A stretch of 64,000 nt of DNA from the human T2T-CHM13v2.0 reference genome, Homo sapiens. The notes beneath the pieces were generated by a model, which saw only the letters and a program-made list of their open reading frames with translations, was not told the origin of the DNA and made no database searches. The DNA lies in the NCBI RefSeq assembly GCF_009914755.1, contig NC_060929.1, one strand, 5' to 3'. The translations under genes were made by a program, and so were the position numbers. Position 1 is the first letter of the stretch. Each line of letters starts with the position of its first letter. Shown here piece by piece: positions 16,413 to 30,000 of this stretch.

Positions 16413-18519
16413 GAGAGATCAGATTTAAAGGTACATAAAATATGTATATCTGCCCTAGACTTAAAAACTAGTCTCTCCAAGCTCTCAAGTTCAGGTATAT
16501 GTTAGTTTGTTCTCAATATTTGGGTTTCAGATACCATGAAATGACCTCCAAATCACTTGCAAGAATTTTAATGTATAAATTAAAGGGCAAAACTACAAAA
16601 AGACCAATCCTTACAGGAATTTTTCAGAGAAATCCTGATCTCCAGAATCAAGTTTTCTAAAACAGTGCCATCTTCCTTGCCTTTTTAATAAGACATTAAA
16701 AGGATGGTCATAATCCAATTTTCTTTAAAGGTGAAGTTGAAGACTTAAACCAACTGGCTATGGAATATGTTGTCTTATAGACTAGTTCAGGGATACCTGT
16801 GGGTAAGGTGTGTTAGAGACACAAAGTCTATACACGTTTTGTTAATGATGATGATGGTGATGATGTCTACCATTTCTGTTTAATCTCTCCAGGAAAGAAG
16901 GGTAATTCATTTGGAGTTAGGTTCATGAACATCCAAACAATACAATTCAGGGCTAGGGATGTCTGGAATTCTGACCTAGATGGTTCAAAGACACACCCAT
17001 GATTCAGAGCAGTCCAGGGCAAGTCAGAAGAGCACTAGACTGGTTAGCAGGAAATGATTTGTGTTAGCTGGCTTTGCCCCTACTTAGTAGTGCATAACCT
17101 TGGATGGAATATTCCTGAGGTTTGCCATCTGTAAAATATGAAAGATATGATTGCAAATTACAAATTATGGTGCATACCTTCTGCCTCCATCACAGGTTGC
17201 AGTAAATAATTTGAGCTAAAAAATGTGAAGATGATTCTTAAAAAAAAAATGACACAGAGGCAGTGTTGCTTTACCTTGTCATTTTGGCAAGTTGAAGTAG
17301 GAGAGAAAAATACTAGACTTAAAATCAGAAGCCCTGGTTGCGTGAATTTGAGGCAATTACAGAACCTCTCTGAGCCTTGGTTTCCTTATCTCCACAAAAG
17401 AAATTATAATGACATTTGTCTCCCAGCATCTGTGTGAGACTAAGTGAGCAAGTATATGTAATAGCACCCAGTCCTAAATCTTGATACAAAGTTTTCTTCA
17501 CAAATTTTTCTGTGGGTGTTTCCTTCAGGACAGCAAGGAAGAAATGCAGGCTCTCCTCTAGGAGCTGGAGCAGGCTCAATATATTACACTGAAGTCCCTT
17601 GTTTGATATCAAACATTCACTTGTATTCTTACAAACATGCCAGAAATTTGATATTCCAAGATGTGCTCTGTGTTCACTCTGGCTTTGAAAATACTCCCCT
17701 GACAATCCCTGTTTATCACCCCACCCTCACCATCACGCTTCAAGACCGCTTTGTAGAAGCAAAAATACAGCAATCAATGCTAAATCAATGTTATGCGTCT
17801 TTCTGGACATTCTGTTCCAGAATTCTCACTTCCAGGCCTGTTCCCATACTGAAAGCACAGACAACTGGAACACTTCCTCCTGTCCCAACCACTCCCTTCC
17901 CATTCACACCTCCATCCTTCGGCTTTCAGCTTTGCCAGGCTGACTTCTGTTATCTCCAAGGTCTAGATTGGGTGCCTCAGCCTGCTGTGTATTTATTTGT
18001 CCTGGCGAGCATCACATGATATTGTAATAGCATGCCTTCTTGTTTGTCTCCCCTGGTACCATATACTCCATCTTGGTGTGGAAACTAGTGTAGGTCTTAT
18101 CCACCACATGCATCCAGAATATTCCATAAATGAAGAAGTGGATAAAGTCCACAGGGCTTGTGCTTTTTCTTTGTTCATGTGTACTTCTTGGCTCTCCTTC
18201 AGTTGCCTCTTTCTAGTAAAAATTTCTTGCCTCTATCATTTTTCTGCTTCAAGATGAGGCATTTACTGACTGCCATGCTTCTGGCCACTGTTGAATCAAA
18301 GAGTGAAAGAAACCAAATCCAACATTTGGAATGAGTTGCTTCCTTGCCAGCCAAGCTACTGAGCCAACTGGGGACAACATTTCTACCCAGACCTTCCAGT
18401 ACTTATTTTGTGATCATTTTAAGTTTTTATATTGAAGAAAGTAAGCCCAATATCGATGTTCAGGCTTTCAAATTGAAAATTTTTCCCAGTACAAATTTGG
18501 CAGGCATGCGTGTGCGCAC

Positions 18520-18522
<3 letters not shown>

Positions 18523-18561
<39 letters not shown>
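18523..18561. repeat. (TG)n microsatellite
   Basis: About 19 uninterrupted TG units. Confidence 0.95.
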
Positions 18562-18563
<2 letters not shown>

Positions 18564-19993
18564 GGGTGCAGGGAGCGGCTGTGTTTTTCTAAGAGCTGGT
18601 ATATTAAAAGGTAAAGAAATAAGTTGTAATGCAAATCCTTTGAAGTTACCTCATCACCGAATGTACTCTGCTCATTTATTTTGACAAATCCAACTTACTT
18701 TTAATTACCAGGCCTCATAGTATACTGGTAAATGGAGCAATAGCGACTTTGGCAGAAAAGGAGAAATCTGTGTAACATGAGCCTTCAGAATGAGTCCAAG
18801 CTGACTCCTTGTAAAATAGAGTGAGGCAATACATTTTTAAAAATTTTTCAGTAGAGCAATTTATGTGATATGTGACTGTAGTCACAAATCAATGTGCCTT
18901 TTATGAGCCAAGCACACCAGAATGCATACACTAAAATGAGTGTAGTTTCTCAAGGAAATTTTGTTGGCCACTATAAGCTTTTTCCAGTGATGCTGCCATT
19001 ATGCAACAGATTTTTGGAAGTCTTCGTTTGGAATTATTTTCAAAGTCAGTTTTCCAGTCACAACAAAAAAATTAAAAATATCACCTGAATATCATAATAC
19101 GGGGGTGGCAAGGAGGCTATTTTTTTAATTGCTTGTCTATTTTTTTATTATGCAATGTGGTTCTCAGTTATTTTGAGCTCTCTCCCAAAAGGAAACTTCT
19201 ATGGAAGGTAGCAGTTGGGCCATCACTGAGGTCACTCTTGAGAAGGTGACATGGTGTTGATAGACCCATTAGGGGCATAAGCCCCTCACACACACTTTAA
19301 TAGGCACTGGAGGGACTTCTGCTCTTGGCAGTTTATCAAAACTCTGTGAGAGTAGGAAGAGTCCTACAAACATTGAGTGTAGTTGATGCTGTTTGTTTTG
19401 TTCTGAAAGCCGGGCATCAGTTTGGAGTTTGAGTAAGGTTTCTCCCAGTGCTGTGGGCACATCCAAAGAAGGGAGCCAAGCTGTCATTAGCAGTTTCTGC
19501 ACAGCATATAGTTCTCAGCAGCCGAGCCCTGTGTCCCCACATTCTAATCTGTTTCTTCTTTCCCTCTCTATCAGTTTTCCTACCCAAATTGGGAGAGCTG
19601 AACCATTGAAAAATGTTTCCTTTACCTTTCTCAACTCACCCTCCCTGGCATCTCATCTCTCCCCACTTCAAAAAAAAAAAAAATTAAAACACATAACATA
19701 CCTGCCTAAATAAATAACAAATCAAGAATTGCCAATGCCAGTAAAAAGAAATGGGATGATTTCAATCCGTGGACAATACTCATGGTGGACAAATCTTGAA
19801 AAAGGTGTGCTGTGGGGAGAGGGGCTTACATGCAAAAGAAAGCCCTCGGAAGGCCTTAGAAAACCTGGGAACAAGTGATTGTAGCTTGTAGGGTCAGGGC
19901 TGATGGCATGGGGGAGAAATTCAGATTCACAAATGACTAGGTCCTGAGATCCAAAAGGGGCCTATGATGCATAGCAATAAAAATCCTATATAA

Positions 19994-20300
<307 letters not shown>

Positions 20301-23300
20301 CTACATAAAGGATTTTAAGCTGGCCTGCCCTTTCTGGAAAGCGTAAAAAATGTATTTTGCTTAGGTATAAACCCACTCTTGTTGGCCTCAGTAGGTTGGC
20401 TCTCTTGCCTCCCAGCTGCTGGTTTGGGCCAGACAGAGGATGGCTTCAGGACTTTTTCTGGGTTTGCACTTGGCACGGCTTCCTCCCTTCCCCTGGAGTC
20501 ACAGCAGTGAAGTGTCACCATGTAAATCCACACCAATCACACAAAGCAAGAAGAACCCTTCCTTCCCCCAGTTGTAAAGTGAAGGAAACATAATCCCCAC
20601 TTCGTAACATTTTATTAAGTTTGCAAAGGTTTTCTTTTCCTAGTACTAAGAGATAAAGTGGACATTCTGTGAAAGCACAAATTGTGATGTGCCAATAGTT
20701 TATTTGTAGGAAATTGTATTTTGTTGCTGTTGTGGTATGATAATTTAAAATGATCTTAGAATACAAATTAAATCTTAGAATACAAATGAAGTCAACATTT
20801 TTGGCAGGAGGCACCAATACAAAATTGGGGGTAATGGTTGTACTTATGTTTAATACTGAATTCCTTTGAAGGGTCGAACACTCAAATGTCCCCAAGGCAT
20901 GTTGGTGAGTAGAGCAGCCTTGGAGAGGCTCTGGGAAAATGGGGAGCACAGGCCCCATGGACAGGTAGGAGCAGCTGCGGCTTAGCTCCAGCTAGTTGTT
21001 GCCATGGGGACTGCAGACCCCTGTTGCCAGAGCTTCAGGTATTTAAAACAAAGCCAGAAATCCAGAATTTTATGTGAAATCACCCAAGGTCTGCAAGTTG
21101 GCAACTGATTCAATTTTTTTTTTTTCTTTAACACTGTTGGGGTCAAACAAATCACATCTGTGGGCCAGATTCAGCTCACAGGCCTCCAATGCATGCCCTC
21201 TGTAGCTGTGCTTTCTGTTACAGCATGTTTGCCATGGGTCTGAAAGAAGGCTTATTGGTTTCCATAGTGGATTGGTGTGCAGAGTGGGAGGTGTCAGAAG
21301 AGCAGGATGAGAAAAGCAACCACAGTTCACCTCATTGTCCTTATCATGTTTGATCATTTGCAGCAGCTACTCTAACCTGACCTTATTGCTTCCTATCTTG
21401 TCACTGATTCCTTAGAAAAGAGTGCCTGAGAGTGCCAGAGGCTTGGTGGAAGGGCAGACGAGAGAAGAGGAGGCATTGTATTGGCCACTGGGACAACTGC
21501 AGACTCACTCTTACCTGTAAAGAAGCAGTTAATGTTGGGGAATGTAGTCAGGATTGGAAAACCACGGGGATTTCTGCACATTATAATTGAGAATGTAAAT
21601 ATTCTTAAAGTGGCACCCTGAAAGAGACAAGCATTGAAACCAGACAAAATAAATTGGATCATGAACAGAATGAGACATCTTAAAGGAGATAGCATGTGGA
21701 GGCCTGCTGGGAAGTAGAGGCAAATTCCAGATGCCTAGGAGCCTTAGTCTAAGGTGGGGCCATCCAACCCACAGAAATAAATATGGGCAGTGGCCCAAGA
21801 CTTCCTATAATGAGCTGCACCTGTTGTAAGTCTTGTGTTCTTGCCTATAGAATAAAGAACCTCACTACCATCCTGCAAGTGCAAATTGAAAGATTCCTGT
21901 TGTGATGCCATGAGTTATTATCCGCTGGTTATATTCTATTGGAATGGCTACACTCAACTGGATATTGCTGTCTATATTGTTGGAGCACCTCAAACAGGGG
22001 TGCAATGGTTATTTGTTAATTTACTTAATTAAGACATGTTCATCCACATTTTATAGTTTCATTTATTTAAAGATCCATTTGGTCCCCAGCTTCGATGCAT
22101 GTTTCTCTGCTTCATCTCCCCATATTTCCATGTTCCTGCTGATGTTTATACCATATCCTGGCACCCAGCATCATCTGTGTGTTGTTCACCAAGGCCGTGG
22201 GAACAGAGTCTGTAAATCAATAGTTCATCACGGAGTACAGATTTCATGAAAAGAAATTGGATTGGAAGAAAGTCTCCTAGTGAACACGCTAGTATCCAAA
22301 GAGTCTGGATTGTATCAGAATCCATCACAGTAGGAGAGAATGTTGTTTTGAGTAATTTCCAAGCAGAGTACATATATTTTCCTCTGAAAATCTTTGTAAA
22401 TTGAAGAAAAGTGACATTTTTATACCAAGCAATTTGTTTGATAACCTATTTTCAGATTTCTACAAATAATAAAATTTCTGATTTTAAATATTTTTTACAA
22501 ATACAAGTTGGTTTTCTTTTCATTGTAAGCCTTACTGTGATTTCAGAAGAATTTTTAACATTTGCTAAATGGATAATCTCATTTAAACATGGAAGTAACA
22601 TCCTAATCCTTTCTTGGATGGACTCTGTATCTATTGTAATTAAGACTTTAAAAATGGTATATACATATGGGAAAAAAAGGAGAGGAAACAGGAAAATTAA
22701 ATCAAGTGATGGGTTTGAGGTAAGGAATGGCAAGTTTTTTTTTTCTGTTTATCATAATTATACCATTTGCAGAGCTTAAAAAAGAAAGAATGGCTCAACA
22801 TGAGGGAAAACAAATGCCTTCAGAACAAATTTGCTTTTAAAAAGTAGGTCTTTTTACACTTTCAGTCTTTTATCGGGAGGCCCATTTTCATCAGGCTAGA
22901 TGTATTTTCACTTTCCAGTAATGCACTCCTTATTGTTCAGCAAGGTACATCTTGATTAGACAATCAAAGAGGGCAAAATGAATTATTTCAGATACTCAAA
23001 TCTGGGTACTTAAGATAATTTTTACAATAAGAAAGACAAGTTGCAGGAAGCAGAGGCTGATTTTGCTATCTGAGAGTTGGCGCTGCAGAAGATAACTGCA
23101 CACCAAGGCGCTGTCAGGAGATCTATATTTCTGCTCTTGACATCTGTAGGTGCCTCTGCCGCCGCTGATGGGGATGATGATAAGTGATGGGAAAATGAAG
23201 TGGGAGGTGATGTATCCTACTGTGATAGATTTAAAGGGTTGCCCCAGGCGGCCCTGAGGCAAGAGCTGACTGAAGACGTTCCGGGGCCTGCATCAGGTCA

Positions 23301-23966
23301 CTATGGCACAGTCAGGCAAAGCTGTTTGAGGCAGAGGGCAGTGCAATAACTCTGAGGTTTAAATCTGCACTTAGATCCTCTTTCTTTCTTCCTTTTTGAG
23401 GGGTGAACTGGAGGTTGTGCTACAAATTCTAAAATATCCATTACTCTTGGTTAGTGGTATCTGTCTTGTGTTATTCCTGTGGAGATGCAGTATTCATTGC
23501 TCCATGTACAACACCCAAGGATATGCCCACAGGAAACATTTGAAAATGGCTTTCCTAAGATTTCCAGGCTGGCTCCCCATTTCCCAAAGCCCTGCCTTTT
23601 ACCCTGGCTGTGGTAAGAGTTGGTGTGAATTCTAATATTGATTCTAGGGGGAGATTCTGACCCAAGTTACTGCTCTGGCAAAGACAAACAGGCACATATC
23701 AAATAAAGCAAAGGACTTTGAGTGCCCACTGGGGAGCCACACTGGGGACCATGGAGACGCTGTGTTTGCTGCTTCTGGAAAGCCAGGCTGTGGACAGTTG
23801 AAGGAAGGAAATGTGCTCCAAGGCAACACTAGCACCCAATAACCCTTCTCATCTTATTTGTTTAAATGTAGACATTATTTTTGGTTGTAAAACGGCTAAA
23901 TTTTTTTGCCTTTCTTTTCTGCTTCTGTCTCGTTCAGGAATTTATAAGTATTTGACCGTACTCAAA

Positions 23967-23984
23967 ATGTGCAAGGAAGAATAA
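23967..23984 (+). promoter_or_regulatory. uORF MCKEE* whose stop overlaps the SNCAIP start (TAATG)
   Basis: AAA ATG TGC AAG GAA GAA TAA; TAA 23982-23984 shares its last A with the ATG at 23984. Confidence 0.7.
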
Positions 23985-24040
23985 TGGAAGCCCCTGAATA
24001 CCTTGATTTGGATGAAATTGACTTTAGTGATGACATATCT
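23984..24040 (+). CDS. SNCAIP: Synphilin-1 first coding exon (exon 23938-24040), MEAPEYLDLDEIDFSDDIS
   Basis: Polypyrimidine tract plus CAG ends at 23937; ATG at 23984; GTAAGT donor at 24041. Translation matches the synphilin-1 N-terminus. Confidence 0.96.
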
Positions 24041-27000
24041 GTAAGTACCACTGTATACAAGAAATGCTTTCAAGATAATCTGCCTTCAACTTCATAGCCT
24101 ACTTTCTCCATTATAGTCTATATATCCTCAACTTTTCTGACTACATTTAGAAATTCACAGCAGAAATCCTGTGTGGCAGACTCGGTGTGGTTTGGGGGGA
24201 TCTCTTAGACCAAGAAGTGAATCTTCCCTAAGTGTGTGTTTTGGAAGATGAGTCATTTAACTTCAATGAGGCTTTCATTCCTAATGTGTTCCAATGTTGT
24301 CAAAACTATTGATTGAGTATACTTACAAAATGCAGCCACTTTCATAGAGTTAATTCCAAATTCTCTTATGTGGCTGGCTATTCCACAGCCAGCATTTTCT
24401 AGAGTTCACAGGGACACTGACTAAAGAATAGCCAAGTTGGAATTTATTAATTGATGAACAATAAAAAGAATCTTTCCAATCACTGTAGATATCAAAGCAC
24501 AGATTGTAAGCTTGTTGGGAATATTAAGGAAAATTCGTGCAGTGATAAGGACTGGACTAGCTGACTTTTGAGGTCCTGCTTAATCCTGTAATGCTGTGGG
24601 CTGATGAGTCTCTTAATTCCCATAACAGCCACAAACTTCCTGCTGCTTAAATCAGGACTGCTTGGAATGGATTGTCTACATGCATCTTGCTTTGAGCTGC
24701 TTGTGCCTTATCCGGGACCACATAATCAATTCTGCTACGCTAGCAAACATGTTGGCCTGGAGTGCCCCAGCAAAACTGGCTAACTCTCAGAGTATGTGAT
24801 GAGAAGGTTGCTGTTTCTGAGCTAGACATACAACTTTTCTTTCCAGGACCCTCAAGTTCACAACTTCTAACCTTATCTTCCATGGATCTCTCAGGGCCTG
24901 GAGCTATGGGTCACCACTCAAAGTCACTGCTTTAAAATTGTCTCAAAATGATGAACTTACTTTATCATGCTTCTGGCAGTTGTTTATTCATCTACTTTAC
25001 TCCTTACCTTGAAGTAAAATATGCATACTGTACACAATAATTGGATTACTGGGATGAGTTTGATAAATCACCTATTTTATACAAACTTGGATGAGTCTTT
25101 TTTTTTTGTACCAGAGAAATGTGAATTCAACATTTGCCTATTTCAGCTTCCAGACAATTTTTATTAGTCCTCATTAAAACCAATGTGGAGTGAGCTTCTT
25201 CCTTCCCATGATATATTTTTGTCTACGTGTCTGTCTGTCTGTCTGCCACTCTCTCTCTCTCTCTCTCTTTCTGTTTCTCTTTCTCTCTCTAAGTCACTAT
25301 GCTTGACTTGGAAGCATTCAAAGCAAGGTTCTTTTATGATCACTCCCCTCACAGCCATTGTGGGAAAAAGCAAGGAATGTGAATGGTAGCATGGGTGTAT
25401 GTAGGTAGGATGGAAGGTGTTGTAGAAAGGGAAACTGTGTTATGATTGGGAGTTAGGTGGTAGCTCTCCGAACTTTGATAATGATGTTGTGTTTTAAAAG
25501 CAAAGGCTTTGAAAGCAGCCAGCCTGGGTTCCTACCTTGTTCTGACTCTTACTGGCTGAATAGCACATTAACTTCACCTTTCTGAGATACACTTTAGGTT
25601 GTTGTGACGATTGAGTAAAATAATAATATATGTGAAACACTTAGCTTGGCACACAGTAAGTTGCTCTTAAAAATGGTAGCTTTTGTTATTATTTCACTGA
25701 ATTATACAATAATATTTATATGACCAATGGTGAAGAAAGAACTCAAGGGAAAACACTAGGCATAAAGTCAAGATTTTTTTTTAATACAACAGAGCAGTTG
25801 TATTTACAGAAGAATCATCTGGCAGCAGCCCATAATTTTGATGAATTGGGAATCTCCACTTGAAAGATAATAAAATACATTAAGCAATAACTAAAACCGT
25901 TTAGCAAACTAGGCTACAGGATTATGCAATAGTTGAGTGTCTATAACTTGACCACTCTAAAACATAAACAAAGATATCCATCTGTAATTGTGTAACTGCA
26001 CCCAAAATTTCCCTCTTAAACATGTTTCGATTGTTTGGTCCTTTAACCTGCATTTAAACTTATATCAGATTTTGAAATTGCATAGATTTGAAATTCTATG
26101 AAATTTCATAGTAATTGATGAAATAATAATAATAGCTAACGTTTATTGAACATTTACCATGGGACAGGCATTATCTTGGTTAATCCTCACAGCAATCTTC
26201 TAAAGTTACTGTTTTTATCTTCATTTTACAGATGAGGAAACTGCAGCATGAAGATTTTATGTAATTTGTCCAGGGTCACCCAGCTGGTTAGGTGTATTCT
26301 GTCTCCAGAGTATTTACTTTTAGCCACAACACTTTACTGCTTCTCCGGGATGAATATAGTTTATTGCAGTGGTTCACATCAGGGGCAATTTTACCTGCCC
26401 CACCCCTACCCCAGAAACATTTAACAATACCAGGAGACATATTTTGTTGTCATACCGGGGAGTTGCTACTAGCATCTAGTGGGTAGAGACCAGAGAGGCT
26501 TCTAAACATCCTGCAATGCACAGCACAATCCCCTACAACAAGAATTGTCTAGCCCAAAATGTCAGTAGTACTGAGGATAAGAAATCCTAGTCTATTTAAA
26601 TCCACTTGCAACTGAAGACGCTCTACTTTGGCAACCTCTACAACATAGATTATTTAATCATAATTTAGTGTGATCCAGACTTCATACCTTAGCGAAGCCA
26701 GAATCATATTGTTCTAACTTAATGATTACATGGAAAAAGAACTGGAGACAACCTCTTAAATACTGGAATGATTGTTCTCAGGCTGTTTAGGTAAACTAGG
26801 AGCAATGAATATTACAACTTCTTTAAGGGCTAAGTGGAGATTATTCAAATGCTAAAAATGAAAAAATGAAGATGTGTTCAACGTGCTAATTCACTGGCAT
26901 AAAAAGAAATGTAGTTTCCCATGAACATGCAATTTTCTTTTTTTTTTTTGATACCAGAAACCTCCATCTCTGACAGCCCCTAAGCCTCTTTCCTGGTTAA

Positions 27001-30000
27001 GTGGCAGGAGGGGGAGGAAACTGCACATTACACCTGAAAAATATGTTTATGAAAAAGATGCCCAGTTTCAAACTCTTCTCCTTACTCTCTAGCTATAGCC
27101 CTATTACATAGTCTAGGCTTTCTATTCCATGGTATTTCCCTCTGGTCATGAGCCTGGTTCTTGTTTTAATTAAAACGTAAGCTGTATATTGGTAGAAAAA
27201 ACAACTAGAACTTATTTTGCCTTTACTTAATGAGAGAAAACACAGCAGCTAATTTATTTTGAAGTTTCCCAGACTAGAAAATAACGCACATCCTTTGCAA
27301 AACACAAAGTTTAAACTATACATTCTTGTAATCCTGCCATCTAAAAGGGCAGAACATTCTCCAATAGCTGCAGGTCTGCAAGGGAGAGATGACGACACAT
27401 AAGCACAAAGGTTTAAAGCAGGGTTTTTCTGTCACTGTGAATGGGTTCACAGATTTCTCTCTTCCTATGGAAGCCAGATCCCTATGTCTTAAAAACAAAA
27501 ACCCTCTGGAATTCTTTGGAGCTATGGTGTATTTATTTTATTAAGAGAGGCCAGTGTGGTGCTCTTAAAAATAGTTTCACACACAGGACTAAAGAAAGCA
27601 GAGGCTGAACTCTGGATCTCCTGAGGAGCTCACTCACAGCCACCATCCACCAATGTTGGCCGTGCCGCACACTGAGATAAACTCTTTAACTAAGTTATCT
27701 TGTTCAAGCCTCATACATCAGCTTTGCGAGGCAAACTCTGTTTTTATTCCTTTTGGCAGATGAGAAAATTGAGGCTTAGAGAGCTTGTCTGACATTCACA
27801 AGGTTACAGGGCCAGGACCTAAATGCAGAACTATTTGGCCACCTTACTCCTCCCCATCTATGCAACTTAGCTGAGTAGTAGTTTCTCTAGACCAGTCACC
27901 TCACTCATCACTATCCCTGATTGGCACTGTAGTGATTACAAATTGTTTTTTGGAAGTAAAGGGATTGATAGACATTATAAATAAGTAAAATGAAACCAGC
28001 TAATGAGAACTTAAGCAAATCTTTTAATTTTACTGTACCTCAACATTCCCATCCGTTAAATGGTAACACCTCAACCTATTACCCTAAATTTATACACATA
28101 CACTCACACATGCACACAGCCACATATATACACATATATACATGTAAGTATTTACACATACAGACATATACACACACATACAAATAGAAGTGAGAGAAAT
28201 ATTCTGTTGCCTTTCTGTATAACTCTGACTGCAACCTTGATGAAAGTTGACTTTTTTGGCAATTGCATAAACTATTTTTTGTACAGGTCAAATGAGATCA
28301 AGATAATAAGTATCCTTCCACTTTTCAATCCTCTTTGGTCAAAGCCTTTGCAACCTAGAGTAATGGCAAAAAATTATGTGGGTTCATTTTCCTAAGGTGC
28401 TTGAACCACTGTCTGATAGAAAAATTAATTCTTATGGTAAAATAATCTCACTTTCAGTGAGTTTTCATGTCTTTCTATCACACAGACTGTGCAGCATTTT
28501 TACTAAAAATGCCTGCCCCCTTCTGTTTTGTGTGCATCACCTTTTCCTCCATTCAATCCCCTGATGCTTCCCCAGATTTTGTTACATTTTGAGAAAGACT
28601 CATTTCAAGTAGACTCAGGCAATGAGCTGGCATGGGCAAAGAATACAGCTTAGATGTGAAAAAGAGTATAAAGGTATTCAAGGTACAAAGAACCTAGCCT
28701 CCCCTTCTCTCTAGCAATGAATATATTGAATAAGATGGACCCTATTGTACTTTCTTCTGTACCTTCTAGAAGGTGACCAACACTTTCATGTGGCCTCTGA
28801 GTGGTTCAATCCCTTTTTCACTGTCTCTGTCTGTAAGCCCTGCCCTTCCTAGCAGTCGCCCTGTTCTTATCTATATGGAAACTTTGTTTAGTGCTTCTCC
28901 GTGTGATCTAGTTCCAGCAACTGTCCAGAATACCTCAGCTTTATGCAGTGTTTTTTTGTAATATCCTGCATTCAAGGCTAAATTGCCTCTCATTCTTCCC
29001 TTCTCCAGCTCAGCATCATCAGAAACCTCACACCTTGTTCTAACATCATATGCCATATGTGTTATCTTGTTTTTCTTAATACCTGCCAGGAAATGAATTA
29101 GGAATCATCTAATCCAGAAAAGATGAGTTACATTTTGATATTCTATTGTTAGTGTTAGACCCCAGGACTAGAATCTAGGTTCCCAAACTCCAAATCTTGG
29201 ACTGGAGACCTCTGCCAGAGAAGGTAGAGAATAACTCTACAAATAGAGTGGTTTCTAAGAAGAATGAGCAACCGCTGGATTTTTTTAAATTTTCCCTTTT
29301 ACTCTGCAGATAGTCCTGGAAGTTCTTATCTTGCCTGATAGTCAATAGAAATTATTAGATTGACTATGCAGATTATTGACAAAAACTGTTCACCTTTTCA
29401 TCACAATTAGTTTTTATGCCAATCTAGTCAACAAGCATTTACTAAACATTAACAGAGTATCAGACTTGGTTCTAAGCTTGGGGTGAATGACACAGACTTG
29501 CTATGCTCTCAAAGTGTGTATAGTATGCTATATTAATAACTAAGCACATTATGAAGTCAGGTTAACTTCATGGTAGGTCACATTTGATTATAGTACTAAA
29601 CTCCATTCTTGGCAGTGAGTCCTTGTATTTTGACAGTGATTGATTATTGGCTCACAATTAAAAATAGACTATCATTGAAGTTGAACAAGGTTTATGACTG
29701 GCCATCTGCCCTACTATAACATACTTTTTTCTTGTAATTCTTTTGTCATTTGTAATTTTTGCTTGTATAATTATGATTACTTTGGCTTCATTTTAAAATG
29801 CTGGTTTTGGTACTTTTAAATATAAATAATAATATGATTGCTAACATTTATTGAACACTTAACTGTGCATCAGACACTCTTCCCAGGTTTTATATTACTA
29901 GTTCATAATCTTCCCGGACACACCTTAATGAAGGTACAGTCAGAACCTTGTTTTTTACCAGTGAAGAGACTGATATACAAAGGTTAACTAAGATTAATTA

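Noticed and set aside
17516-18019. 167-aa ORF
   Set aside because: It has a non-ATG start, no recognisable domain and no convincing splice signals; likely a chance ORF.
23080-23620. Mildly GC-rich stretch with a GTAAG donor-like site as an alternative first exon
   Set aside because: It is not a CpG island and shows no start-site evidence, so it cannot be supported from sequence alone.
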